Assembly: GCA_964442605.1 (NCBI GenBank)
Contig: CAYTZR010000002.1
Span: 11,387-75,386 of the forward strand
Length of the DNA stretch: 64,000 nt
Source: an uncultured Oscillospiraceae bacterium
GTDB taxonomy: Bacteria > Bacillota > Clostridia > Monoglobales > Monoglobaceae
Direction of reading: 5' to 3'
A program made the position numbers and the translations under genes. The first letter of the stretch is position 1; the number at the start of each line of letters is the position of its first letter. Below, in pieces: positions 20,395-30,136 of this stretch. Below the pieces are notes generated by a model. That model made no database searches. It had not been told where the DNA came from and worked only from the letters and a program-made list of their open reading frames with translations.

Positions 20395-20592
20395 ATATAT
20401 TTTGCGCGGCGGTATAGAAATACCGCGCAGCTCCTTTCTTTTTTATATTTATATTTATATTATTCATGTTTATTATTTAATGATAATGATACCATACGAG
20501 GCTGAAAAATGCAATATTAAATTCACAGAAAATCAAATAAAAAACAGCCATAAAGATAAAAAATAATTTTACGGTAATTTTGCGGTATAAGA

Positions 20593-20621
20593 TTGACAAA
20601 CTTTAAATTTATGTATAAAAT
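20593..20621 (+). promoter_or_regulatory. sigmaA-type promoter of the pur operon
   Basis: TTGACA-17 nt-TAAAAT. Confidence 0.6.
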
Positions 20622-20685
20622 GATAGAGTGAATTTAAATTATGATAGAGTGAATTTAAATTATTAATTAAGTGAATTTAAAATTA
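20620..20685. repeat. 21-nt tandem duplication ATGATAGAGTGAATTTAAATT x2 plus a degenerate third copy in the purL leader
   Basis: Seen directly in the sequence. Confidence 0.8.
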
Positions 20686-20716
20686 TTACGACACTGCGGA
20701 AAAGGAGCTTTTTGTT

Positions 20717-23700
20717 ATGAGCATAAAAAGATTATTCGTTGAAAAAAAACAGGGCTTTGATATTGAGGCAAAGGCGCTGAAAACCGACCTTATTGAAAAT
20801 TTGGGGCTGTCCGGTCTTACTGATGCGCGTGTTATTAACCGCTATGATATAGATGGTATTACCGATGACGAGCTTTTAAAGGTTCTGCCGGTTGTTTATG
20901 CCGAGCCGCAGGTTGATAATGTTATTTTTGAGAATTTGGATATTCCGGAGGGTGATAAGTTCTTCGCATCCGAATACCTGCCCGGTCAGTTTGACCAAAG
21001 GGCGGACAGTGCGGCACAGTGCACGCAGATAATGACAGAGGGCGAAAAGCCGATTGTAAGGACGGCTAAAATCGTAATTCTGTCAGGCACAATAAGCGAT
21101 GAGGATTTAGCCGCCGCGCGCGACTATTATATCAACCCCGTGGAGTCACGCTCCGCATCTATGGAAAAGCCCGAAACTCTGAACGATAAGCTCGATGAGC
21201 CGGAGGATGTTAAAACGATTGACGGCTTTATTGAAATGTCAGACGGTGACCTTAGGGATTTGATAAGCGGCTTGGGACTCGCAATGGACGAGGATGACAT
21301 AAAATTCTGCCGCGACTACTTTAGGAATACCGAAAAGCGTGACCCGTCATTGACGGAGATAAGAATGATAGACACATACTGGTCTGATCATTGCCGCCAC
21401 ACGACGTTTGCGACAAAGCTCAATAATGTTAAAATCAAGAATGAATTTATAAAAGGCGTGTACAATGACTATCTGGAGTCAAGAAAATTCGTATACGGCG
21501 AAAGAAAAAAGAATATTTGTCTCATGGACGTTGCCACAATTGCCGCTAAGGAGCTTAAAAAGAGGGGCGTACTCAAGGCTCTCGATGAGAGTGAGGAGAT
21601 CAACGCCTGCTCAATTGAGGTTCAGGTTAAGATGACTGACGGCAAGACAGAGGATTATTTGGTTATGTTTAAAAACGAAACGCATAACCACCCGACGGAG
21701 ATCGAGCCGTTCGGCGGTGCGGCGACCTGTCTCGGCGGAGCTATACGCGACCCGCTGTCAGGACGTTCGTATGTATATCAGGCGATGCGCGTGACCGGTG
21801 CCGGCGACCCGAGAAAGACGCTTAAGGAAACCATGAAGGGCAAGCTGCCGCAGCGCAAGCTTGTACTGGGAGCGGCTGAGGGCTACAGCTCATACGGAAA
21901 CCAAATCGGTCTTGCGACAGGCATTGTGAACGAGATTTATGACGAAGGATATGTGGCAAAGCGTATGGAAATAGGTGCGGTTATCGCTGCCGCTCCAAAG
22001 AAAAACGTTATACGCGAGGCTCCGGAGCCCGGCGATGTTGTCATACTGCTTGGCGGCATGACGGGACGCGACGGCTGCGGAGGTGCGACAGGCTCGTCAA
22101 AGGCGCACGACAGCTCGTCTCTTGAAACCTGCGGCGCGGAGGTTCAAAAGGGTAATCCTCCCGTTGAAAGGAAGCTGCAAAGGCTGTTCAGGAAGAACAA
22201 TGTTACAACCATGATAAGACGTTGCAACGATTTCGGTGCGGGAGGTGTTTCCGTCGCGATAGGAGAGCTTGCCGACGGTCTTGATATTAATCTTGACAAG
22301 GTTCCGAAAAAATACGAGGGACTTGACGGAACCGAGCTTGCCATATCGGAATCGCAGGAGAGAATGGCGGTTGTTGTCAGAAGCTCAGACGCGGATAGGT
22401 TTATCGCGGAGGCTGACAAGGAAAATTTAGAGGCTGTTGTCGTAGCGGTGGTAACGGAGTCTCCGAGGCTTGTTATGCACTGGAGAGGCGCGACCGTATG
22501 TGATATTTCAAGGGAATTTTTAAACACAAACGGCGCGGAAAAGAACGCCGATGTTACTGTGACGGCTGACGATTTCAGCGCCGATATGCTTGATTTTGAC
22601 GCGAAGGGCGATAGCTTCAAAGAAAAGATATACAGCCTTATGAGCGACCTTAACGTGTGCTCGCAAAAGGGGCTTGTCGAGAGATTTGACAGCACAATAG
22701 GCGGCGGCTCGGTATTTATGCCCTACGGCGGCAAGTATCAGCTTACGCCGCAGCAGAATATGGTTGCTAAAATTCCCGTGCTCGGAGGCGAAACCAACAC
22801 CGCAACCGTTATGGCGTATGGCTATAATCCGAAAATCTCAAAGGCTAATCCGTTTTCCGGAGCGGTATACGCTGTTGTTGACTCTGTTACAAAGGCGGTA
22901 TGCGCGGGTGCGGATTATAAGGATGTTTATCTGACATTCCAGGAATATTTCGAAAGACTGGGTACTGACCCCAAGCGTTGGGGCAAGCCTTTAGCCGCGC
23001 TCCTCGGCGGATATTACGCTCAGGAGAAGCTGAGTCTCGCGGCAATCGGCGGAAAGGACTCGATGTCCGGCTCGTTCAACGATATTGACGTCCCGCCGAC
23101 ACTCGTGTCGTTCGCTGTCGCGCCGCTTGACGCTTCCAAGGCGGTATCGGGAGAATTTAAGGGCGCGGGCAATACAGTGTATCTTATCAAGCCGAAATAT
23201 GATGAAAACAATTTGCCTGATTTTGACAGCTTAAAGCAGCTGTACGATATGCTTTACATGATGATCTCCGACAGCGGCAGCATTATAAAGAGCGCTTACG
23301 CAGTGGGCTATGGCGGAGCAATCGAGGCTGTACTCAAGGCTGCAATGGGCAACAGGCTGGGCTTTGAATTTACGGAGTGCTGCGACAAATCGGGCTTGTT
23401 TAAGGCTTGCTGCGGCAGTGTTCTGCTGGAGATTGAGGGCACGAAGGCAAACGGAACCTTAGGCGATAATCTGGAGACAATCAGACTGGGACATACTACC
23501 GCGGACGGCGTAATAAGGATTAACGGCGAGGAAATCGCAATTGATGATGTAATTGCCGTATGGCAAAAGCCCCTTGAGAGTGTATATCCCACGAGAGCAA
23601 AATATGACGATGTAGGCATTAAGGCGTTTAGCTACGGGGAGAGAAACACTGCGGCTCCCGCGATTAAAACCGCTAAGCCTAAGGTGTTTATTCCCGCGTT

Positions 23701-24472
23701 CCCGGGTACCAACTGCGAGTATGATTCCGCGAGAGTGTTTGAAAGAGCCGGAGCGGAAACGGACGTTCAGATTTTCAGAAATCTTAAGCAGTCTCACGTT
23801 GAGGAATCAATCGAAAGATTTGTAAGGTCTGTGAACGAGGCGCAGATTATTATGATACCGGGCGGCTTCAGCGGCGGTGATGAACCCGACGGCTCGGGCA
23901 AGTTTATAAAAGCCGCGTTTGAAAACGAAAAGCTTAAGGAAGCCGTAATGGAACTGCTTAACAAGCGTGACGGACTTATTTTGGGAATATGTAACGGCTT
24001 CCAGGCTCTTGTTAAGCTGGGGCTTGTGCCGTTTGGCGAGATAATAAGTGTTGACAAAGATTGTCCGACGCTGACCTACAACACTATCGGGCGGCACGTT
24101 TCTCAGATAGTTTCGACAAGGATATCTTCTGTCAAGTCTCCCTGGTTGTCGGGTGTCAGCTTAGGCGATATTCATCAAGTCGCCGTATCACACGGCGAGG
24201 GCAGATTTGTCGCGAGCACGGAGATAATAGAAAAAATGGAGAAAAACGGTCAGATTGCCACACAGTATGTTGATGCCTGCGGTAATCCGACATATGAAAT
24301 GCCGTATAACCCCAACGGCTCCTACTATGCGATTGAGGGCATTACAAGTCCGGACGGCAGAGTTTTCGGAAAAATGGGACATTCGGAGCGTATCGGCGTG
24401 AATGTATTTAAGAATATAACGGGCAATATTGACCAAAAAATATTCGAAAGCGGAGTAAAATACTTTAAATAA
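20717..24472 (+). CDS. purL: Phosphoribosylformylglycinamidine synthase (single-chain large form)
   Basis: WSDHCRHTTF, KNETHNHPTEIEPFGGAAT, DFGAGG, glutaminase GICNGFQ and MGHSER. Confidence 0.96.
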   Translation: MSIKRLFVEKKQGFDIEAKALKTDLIENLGLSGLTDARVINRYDIDGITDDELLKVLPVVYAEPQVDNVIFENLDIPEGDKFFASEYLPGQFDQRADSAAQCTQIMTEGEKPIVRTAKIVILSGTISDEDLAAARDYYINPVESRSASMEKPETLNDKLDEPEDVKTIDGFIEMSDGDLRDLISGLGLAMDEDDIKFCRDYFRNTEKRDPSLTEIRMIDTYWSDHCRHTTFATKLNNVKIKNEFIKGVYNDYLESRKFVYGERKKNICLMDVATIAAKELKKRGVLKALDESEEINACSIEVQVKMTDGKTEDYLVMFKNETHNHPTEIEPFGGAATCLGGAIRDPLSGRSYVYQAMRVTGAGDPRKTLKETMKGKLPQRKLVLGAAEGYSSYGNQIGLATGIVNEIYDEGYVAKRMEIGAVIAAAPKKNVIREAPEPGDVVILLGGMTGRDGCGGATGSSKAHDSSSLETCGAEVQKGNPPVERKLQRLFRKNNVTTMIRRCNDFGAGGVSVAIGELADGLDINLDKVPKKYEGLDGTELAISESQERMAVVVRSSDADRFIAEADKENLEAVVVAVVTESPRLVMHWRGATVCDISREFLNTNGAEKNADVTVTADDFSADMLDFDAKGDSFKEKIYSLMSDLNVCSQKGLVERFDSTIGGGSVFMPYGGKYQLTPQQNMVAKIPVLGGETNTATVMAYGYNPKISKANPFSGAVYAVVDSVTKAVCAGADYKDVYLTFQEYFERLGTDPKRWGKPLAALLGGYYAQEKLSLAAIGGKDSMSGSFNDIDVPPTLVSFAVAPLDASKAVSGEFKGAGNTVYLIKPKYDENNLPDFDSLKQLYDMLYMMISDSGSIIKSAYAVGYGGAIEAVLKAAMGNRLGFEFTECCDKSGLFKACCGSVLLEIEGTKANGTLGDNLETIRLGHTTADGVIRINGEEIAIDDVIAVWQKPLESVYPTRAKYDDVGIKAFSYGERNTAAPAIKTAKPKVFIPAFPGTNCEYDSARVFERAGAETDVQIFRNLKQSHVEESIERFVRSVNEAQIIMIPGGFSGGDEPDGSGKFIKAAFENEKLKEAVMELLNKRDGLILGICNGFQALVKLGLVPFGEIISVDKDCPTLTYNTIGRHVSQIVSTRISSVKSPWLSGVSLGDIHQVAVSHGEGRFVASTEIIEKMEKNGQIATQYVDACGNPTYEMPYNPNGSYYAIEGITSPDGRVFGKMGHSERIGVNVFKNITGNIDQKIFESGVKYFK

Positions 24473-24527
24473 TTAAAAATAATTTAAAATATTTAAAATT
24501 ATTTATATTATCTTATCGGAGGAAGCT

Positions 24528-25346
24528 ATGTCATATATTAAGGCGGCTGAATATATTAGCTCTAAAACTGATTTGTGTCCCAAAATCGCCGTGATTTTGG
24601 GTACGGGGCTCGGAGAGGTTGCGGAAAGCGTAAACAATCCCGTAGTCATTCCGTACAGTGAAATTCCGGGCTTCCCGAGCGTAGATAAAAGCCCGCATAG
24701 GTGTCGTGCGGTTATAGGTACGGTGGGTTCCGTTCCCGCTGTGTTTATGCAGGGGAGGCTTCATTACTACGAGGGCTTATCTATGAGGGAACTGGTATTT
24801 CCCGTTCATATGCTGAAAGCGTTCGGGATTGAAACCTTAATTCTTACAAACGCGAGCGGAGCTGTTAATACGAGCTTTGCCCCGGGAGACGTGGTTCTGA
24901 TAGATGATCATATTAAGCTTGGACTTGACTCGCCCCTTCGCGGCAAAAATCCGGAGGAGCTTGGCGAGAGATTTTTTGATATGACAAACGCGTACGATAA
25001 GGGGCTTAAAAAAATTGCCGAACGCTGCGCGGAGGAATTACGGATACCGCTTAACAAAGACGTTTACGCCTACATGGCGGGACCGCAGTTCGAAACGCCC
25101 GCCGAGATAAGAATGCTTAATATAATCGGAGCCGACTTAGTCGGTATGTCCACTGTGCCGGAGGTGATTGCCGCCGCGCACTGCGGAATTAGGGTTTTGG
25201 GTCTGTCGGGCGTGTCGAATATGGCTGCGGGCATAAGCGGAGGCGGCTTAAACAGAGAAGCTATTGAAAACGCCGAACCTTTGCTGCGCAAAAAAATGTC
25301 CGCTCTTATAAAAAATATAATATACAAAATCGATACGGAGGTATAG
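24528..25346 (+). CDS. Purine nucleoside phosphorylase, trimeric PunA/XapA type, with a divergent C-terminal ribose-5' binding segment
   Basis: LGTGLG, QGRLHYYEG, LTNASG, FETPAE, GMSTVPE, SNMAAG. Confidence 0.88.
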   Translation: MSYIKAAEYISSKTDLCPKIAVILGTGLGEVAESVNNPVVIPYSEIPGFPSVDKSPHRCRAVIGTVGSVPAVFMQGRLHYYEGLSMRELVFPVHMLKAFGIETLILTNASGAVNTSFAPGDVVLIDDHIKLGLDSPLRGKNPEELGERFFDMTNAYDKGLKKIAERCAEELRIPLNKDVYAYMAGPQFETPAEIRMLNIIGADLVGMSTVPEVIAAAHCGIRVLGLSGVSNMAAGISGGGLNREAIENAEPLLRKKMSALIKNIIYKIDTEV

Positions 25347-25371
25347 CTCTGTAACATAAGGAGGCGAAAAT

Positions 25372-25830
25372 ATGCGGAGAATAGCCAGCTTTAGCGTTGA
25401 CCACAGAAAGATAAAGCCCTGGGTTTACATATCCCGAATTGACGGCGATATAACTACCTATGACATGAGAATGAGAAAGCCGAACACAGGCGATCTGCTT
25501 GATAACGCCACTATACATTCGCTGGAGCATCTGTTTGCTACCTTGATAAGGAATTCACGCTTAGGGGACAGTGTTATTTACTTCGGACCCATGGGCTGTC
25601 AGACAGGATTTTATCTGCTTGTCAGAAACGCGGATAATAAAGAGGTTGTTGATGTGATTAAGCAAATCCTCGGCGATATCGCGGACTATACGGGCGAGAT
25701 GCCTGGACGCAGCGAGGTTGAGTGCGGAAACTACCGCAATCTTGACAACGAATTGGCAAAAGCGGAGGCGAAAAGCTATCTTGAGAAAATTAAAAATTTA
25801 ACCGAAAACGACTTAAAATACGAGGAATAA
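25372..25830 (+). CDS. luxS: S-ribosylhomocysteine lyase
   Basis: SFSVDH, HSLEH, GPMGCQTGFY, CGNY. Confidence 0.95.
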   Translation: MRRIASFSVDHRKIKPWVYISRIDGDITTYDMRMRKPNTGDLLDNATIHSLEHLFATLIRNSRLGDSVIYFGPMGCQTGFYLLVRNADNKEVVDVIKQILGDIADYTGEMPGRSEVECGNYRNLDNELAKAEAKSYLEKIKNLTENDLKYEE

Positions 25831-25832
25831 CA

Positions 25833-27047
25833 ATGGGTGATACTTTATTTAAAAATATAACAATTATCACAATGGACGATGACGCGGGAGTAATCCGAAA
25901 CGGGTATGTATCGACTCGCGGCAATAAAATCGAATACGTGGGAGCTAAATGCCCAAACGGCGGTTTTGACAGAGTGATAGACGGCAGCGGCAAGGTTCTT
26001 ATGCCCGGCTTGATAAACGCGCACACTCATCTGGCGATGACTTTGCTGCGCGGTTATGCCGATGATATGAATTTGCAGGATTGGCTGAACGATAAAATTT
26101 TCCCGTTTGAGGAGAAGCTTACGGCGGAGGATATAATACGCGGCAGTGAAATCGGTATCGATGAAATGCTTGCGGGCGGAACCACCTGCTTTAATGATAT
26201 GTATTTTTTTCAGGCGGAGACCGGAAGAGTCGCGGCGAAAAAGGGAATACGCGCCGTCCTCAGTGACTGTGTGAACTTTGACGGCTACGACAGAAAGGCT
26301 CGGCTTATGGAAGAAATGGCGGAGGAGTTTAAAAACGAGGATTTAATAACCCTTGCGTTCTCGCCCCACGCTATCTATACCTGCAACTTTGAGACGCTGG
26401 AAAAGTGTGCGAAATTCGCCAAAAGTCATAATATGCCAATACATACTCACCTTGCCGAGACAAGAACAGAGTTTTCGAACTGTGAGATAGAGCATAATAT
26501 GACCCCTGCCGAATATATGGAGAGCGCGGGATTGTTTGAAAATCCAACGCTCGCGGCACACTGCGTTGTTGTGACCGACAGTGATCTGGAAATTTTAAAA
26601 AGGCATAACGTTACCGTTGTTCACAACCCGATAAGCAATTTAAAGCTTGCGTCGGGAGTCGCGCCCGTCACCAAGATGCTTGACGCGGGAATAAACGTGG
26701 CGCTTGGAACGGACGGCGCGTCCAGCAACAACAGTCTTGATATGTTTGAGGAAATTAAAGTCGCCGCTATTCTTCATAAGGGAACAAATCTCGACCCGAC
26801 GGCTGTCCCCGCTGAAACGGCGCTCAAAATGGCGACGGTAAACGGGGCGAAGGCTTTGGGATTTGATAACTTAGGCGTAATCAAGCCGGGGTATCTCGCG
26901 GATATGATAGTTGTAGATTTTGGAGTTCCGCATCTTATGCCGGTTCACAATCCAATCTCAAGCATAGTATATTCCGCGAAGTGCGGTGATGTGGAATATA
27001 CTATGGTAAACGGAAAAATAGTATATGAAAGAAATAATAAAAAATAA
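25833..27047 (+). CDS. MTA/SAH deaminase family amidohydrolase (MtaD/DadD-like)
   Basis: PGLINAHTH, RGYADDMNLQDWL, PHAIYT, HLAET, AHCV, NPISNLKLASG, GTDGASSNN. Confidence 0.88.
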   Translation: MGDTLFKNITIITMDDDAGVIRNGYVSTRGNKIEYVGAKCPNGGFDRVIDGSGKVLMPGLINAHTHLAMTLLRGYADDMNLQDWLNDKIFPFEEKLTAEDIIRGSEIGIDEMLAGGTTCFNDMYFFQAETGRVAAKKGIRAVLSDCVNFDGYDRKARLMEEMAEEFKNEDLITLAFSPHAIYTCNFETLEKCAKFAKSHNMPIHTHLAETRTEFSNCEIEHNMTPAEYMESAGLFENPTLAAHCVVVTDSDLEILKRHNVTVVHNPISNLKLASGVAPVTKMLDAGINVALGTDGASSNNSLDMFEEIKVAAILHKGTNLDPTAVPAETALKMATVNGAKALGFDNLGVIKPGYLADMIVVDFGVPHLMPVHNPISSIVYSAKCGDVEYTMVNGKIVYERNNKK

Positions 27048-27114
27048 AGAAATAATAAAAGAAATAATATATTAAAAATAAGCTTATTTTTAATATTGAT
27101 ATGGAGGTATTAAG

Positions 27115-27612
27115 GTGGCAAAGGTTGCAATTGTTATGGGAAGTAATTCCGATTTACCGGTAGTTCGGGGCGCGATTGACGTACTCAAGTCCTTCGGCGT
27201 TGATTTTGAGGCGCACGTAATTTCGGCTCACAGAACGCCGGCTCGCGCCGAGGAATTCGCGAGGACTGCAAAGGAAAGCGGTGTAAAGGTCATTATTGCC
27301 GCAGCGGGGAAGGCGGCTCACTTGGGCGGTGTTATCGCGGCGTATACCACATTGCCGGTCATTGCTCTGCCCATCAAATCATCGTTTATGGACGGTCTTG
27401 ACTCGCTGCTGTCAATGGTTCAGATGCCAACCGGCATTCCCGTGGCGGCTGTCGGTGTAAACGCTTCCGATAACGCGGGAATATTAGCGGTTCAGATGCT
27501 GGCTTTGTCCGACAATACGCTCTCCGATAAGCTGGAGAGATATAAAGAGGACATGGCAAAGGCTGTCGAGGATAAGGATAAAAAGCTGCAGGCGGAACTG
27601 CTTAAGGCGTAA
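27115..27612 (+). CDS. purE: N5-CAIR mutase / AIR carboxylase catalytic subunit
   Basis: MGSNSD, SAHRTP, AGKAAHLGG, QMPTGIPVA. Confidence 0.96.
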   Translation: MAKVAIVMGSNSDLPVVRGAIDVLKSFGVDFEAHVISAHRTPARAEEFARTAKESGVKVIIAAAGKAAHLGGVIAAYTTLPVIALPIKSSFMDGLDSLLSMVQMPTGIPVAAVGVNASDNAGILAVQMLALSDNTLSDKLERYKEDMAKAVEDKDKKLQAELLKA

Positions 27613-27639
27613 AAACTATAATATTATGGAGGATATGTA

Positions 27640-28677
27640 ATGAGCGAAGCGTACAAAAATGCGGGTGTAGATGTTGAGGCGGGCTATAAATCCGTTGAGC
27701 TTATTAAAGAACACGTAAAGAGAACCGATATTCCCGGTGTGCTTTCCGGTATTGGCGGCTTTGGCGGCTTGTTTGAGCTTGGCGGCGGTTATAAAAACCC
27801 GGTGCTTGTTTCCGGTACGGACGGAGTGGGGACAAAGCTGAAGCTGGCTTTTATTATGGACAAGCATGACACCGTCGGACAGGATTGCGTTGCGATGTGT
27901 GTAAACGATATTGTTTGCGGCGGCGCAAAGCCCTTGTTCTTCTTAGACTATATCGCGGTGGGCAAAAACGTCCCCGAGAAAATTGCCGATATAGTAAAGG
28001 GTATATCAGACGGCTGCGTTAAAGCCGGCTGCGCGTTGGTCGGCGGCGAGACGGCGGAGCATCCAGGTCTTATGCCGGAGGATGAGTATGACCTTGCCGG
28101 CTTTACTGTCGGTATTGTCGATAAGGATAAAATCATTGACGGCAGCCGTATTGAAGTCGGTGATGCTATAATCGGCATCCGCTCATCGGGCGTTCACAGC
28201 AACGGTTATTCGCTGGTGAGAAAGGTGTTTAATATAGACGACAGCGAGGAGTGTGCTGATAATTTAAAAAAATATGATGACGAGCTCGGAGCGTCACTCG
28301 GCGAAACACTCCTCACACCCACCAAAATTTACGTAAAGCCCATGCTGGCGGCAATCGGAGCGGTTGATGTTAAAGCGGTGTCGCATATAACCGGCGGAGG
28401 CTTTTACGAGAATGTACCCAGAATGTTAAAGGACGGCACAAGGGCGAGGATAAACAAAAACAGCTTCGAAATTCCGGCGATATTCGGTAAGCTTCAAAGG
28501 CTCGGGAATATTTCTGAGCATGATATGTTTAACACCTATAACATGGGTATAGGCATGATGTTTGTCGTACCAAAGGAAGAGGCTGACAAGGCTGTACGTA
28601 CCATAGATAACAGCGGAGAAAAGGCGTTTGTTGTCGGGGAGATAATAAGCGGCGATAAGGGCGTTGATATTGTATAA
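27640..28677 (+). CDS. purM: Phosphoribosylformylglycinamidine cyclo-ligase (AIR synthetase)
   Basis: [38 protein letters not shown]. Confidence 0.97.
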   Translation: MSEAYKNAGVDVEAGYKSVELIKEHVKRTDIPGVLSGIGGFGGLFELGGGYKNPVLVSGTDGVGTKLKLAFIMDKHDTVGQDCVAMCVNDIVCGGAKPLFFLDYIAVGKNVPEKIADIVKGISDGCVKAGCALVGGETAEHPGLMPEDEYDLAGFTVGIVDKDKIIDGSRIEVGDAIIGIRSSGVHSNGYSLVRKVFNIDDSEECADNLKKYDDELGASLGETLLTPTKIYVKPMLAAIGAVDVKAVSHITGGGFYENVPRMLKDGTRARINKNSFEIPAIFGKLQRLGNISEHDMFNTYNMGIGMMFVVPKEEADKAVRTIDNSGEKAFVVGEIISGDKGVDIV

Positions 28678-28698
28678 AAATCGGACGGAGGCTTGAAT

Positions 28699-29295
28699 AT
28701 GAAGAATATCGGAGTTTTAATATCGGGCGGCGGAACCAATCTGCAGGCTCTCATTGACGCACAGGGTTCTGTCATTAAGAGCGGCAGGATAGTGTGCGTG
28801 TGTTCAAACAGCTTAAACGCCTACGGCTTAAAGCGCGCGGAAAAGGCGGGCATACCCACAAGGGTTATACGCAAGAATGCCGATTGCGGCGGCGATGATG
28901 AGGAGTTTAGCCGCAGAATTTGCGATTATATGAGCGAAATGCATGTTGATGTTGTTGTCCTCGCGGGCTTTATGGCGATTTTCGGAGGAAAGCTGCTAAA
29001 GGAGTATTCAAACAGAATTATTAATATTCATCCGTCGCTTATTCCGTCGTTTTGCGGCAAGGGAATGTATGGACTTCACGTTCACGAGGCGGCGCTCAAC
29101 TACGGAGTTAAGGTTACGGGCGCGACGGTACACCTTGTAAACGAGATTGTTGACGGCGGAAAAATACTCTTGCAAAAGCCGGTAGCCGTCCATGACGGCG
29201 ATACGCCGGAAACTCTGCAAAAACGTGTCATGGAAGAAGCGGAGTGGATAATTCTGCCGCGGGCTGTTGAAATGGTGTGCAGCGGCATGGTTTAA
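28699..29295 (+). CDS. purN: GAR transformylase
   Basis: SGGGTNLQA, INIHPSLIPSFCG, GATVHLV..DGG. Confidence 0.96.
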   Translation: MKNIGVLISGGGTNLQALIDAQGSVIKSGRIVCVCSNSLNAYGLKRAEKAGIPTRVIRKNADCGGDDEEFSRRICDYMSEMHVDVVVLAGFMAIFGGKLLKEYSNRIINIHPSLIPSFCGKGMYGLHVHEAALNYGVKVTGATVHLVNEIVDGGKILLQKPVAVHDGDTPETLQKRVMEEAEWIILPRAVEMVCSGMV

Positions 29296-29362
29296 ACGAC
29301 TTTAATTAAAATTTAAATAAATTAAAATAAGTTTAAAACAGCTTAAAAAAGGAGGATATGTC

Positions 29363-30076
29363 ATGAAAAAAATTGATATTTATGAAGAATTGAAAAACAA
29401 CGACTATCCCGGCAGAGGCATAGTAATCGGTAAAAGCGCCGACGGAAGAAACGCGGTTTGCGCCTATTTTATTATGGGCAGAAGCGTAAACAGCCGTAAC
29501 CGCGTATTTATTGAGGACGGCGACGGTATTCGCACCGAGGCTTATGACCCGTCAAAGCTTGAGGATCCGCATTTGATTATTTATGCCCCTGTACGTGTTC
29601 TTGGAAACAAGACGATTGTTACAAACGGTGACCAGACGGATACGATTTACAAGCTGATGAACCAGCAGATGACGTTTGAGCAAAGCCTGAGGACAAGAGA
29701 GTTTGAAGATGACGCGCCGAATTATACACCGAGGATTTCCGGTATCATAAAGACGGAGGACGGCGGCTTTAATTACGCGTTGTCGATTTTAAAGAGCGCG
29801 AACGGCAACCCCGATTCTTGTCAGAGATACACCTTCTCATATATGGACCCGATTGCGGGCGAGGGACGTTTTATCTATACATATATGGGTGACGGCGAGC
29901 CGCTTCCGTCATTCGAGGGAGAGCCGAAGTTAGTATCTGTTCCGGATGATATTGACGAGTTTGCCGAAAGCCTTTGGAACGCGCTTAACGAGGATAACAA
30001 GGTTTCTCTGTTCGTGAGATTTATTGACCTTGAAACAGGAAAAACGAGGTCTAAAATAATTAATAAAAATGTGTAG
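29363..30076 (+). CDS. IMP cyclohydrolase-like protein (PurO-type, Ntn fold)
   Basis: YPGRGIVIG, YFIMGRSVNSRNR, TNGDQTD, DAPNYTPRISG; lies upstream of an AICAR transformylase that lacks the IMPCH domain. Confidence 0.85.
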   Translation: MKKIDIYEELKNNDYPGRGIVIGKSADGRNAVCAYFIMGRSVNSRNRVFIEDGDGIRTEAYDPSKLEDPHLIIYAPVRVLGNKTIVTNGDQTDTIYKLMNQQMTFEQSLRTREFEDDAPNYTPRISGIIKTEDGGFNYALSILKSANGNPDSCQRYTFSYMDPIAGEGRFIYTYMGDGEPLPSFEGEPKLVSVPDDIDEFAESLWNALNEDNKVSLFVRFIDLETGKTRSKIINKNV

Positions 30077-30136
30077 CTCATACAGAATTAATTAAAAATT
30101 AAATTTTTCAGATATACAAACGAAAGGACGACAAAA

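Noticed and set aside
20560-20716. Purine or ZTP riboswitch, or PurR box, upstream of the pur operon
   Set aside because: The leader is AT-rich tandem repeat with no aptamer stems or recognisable box
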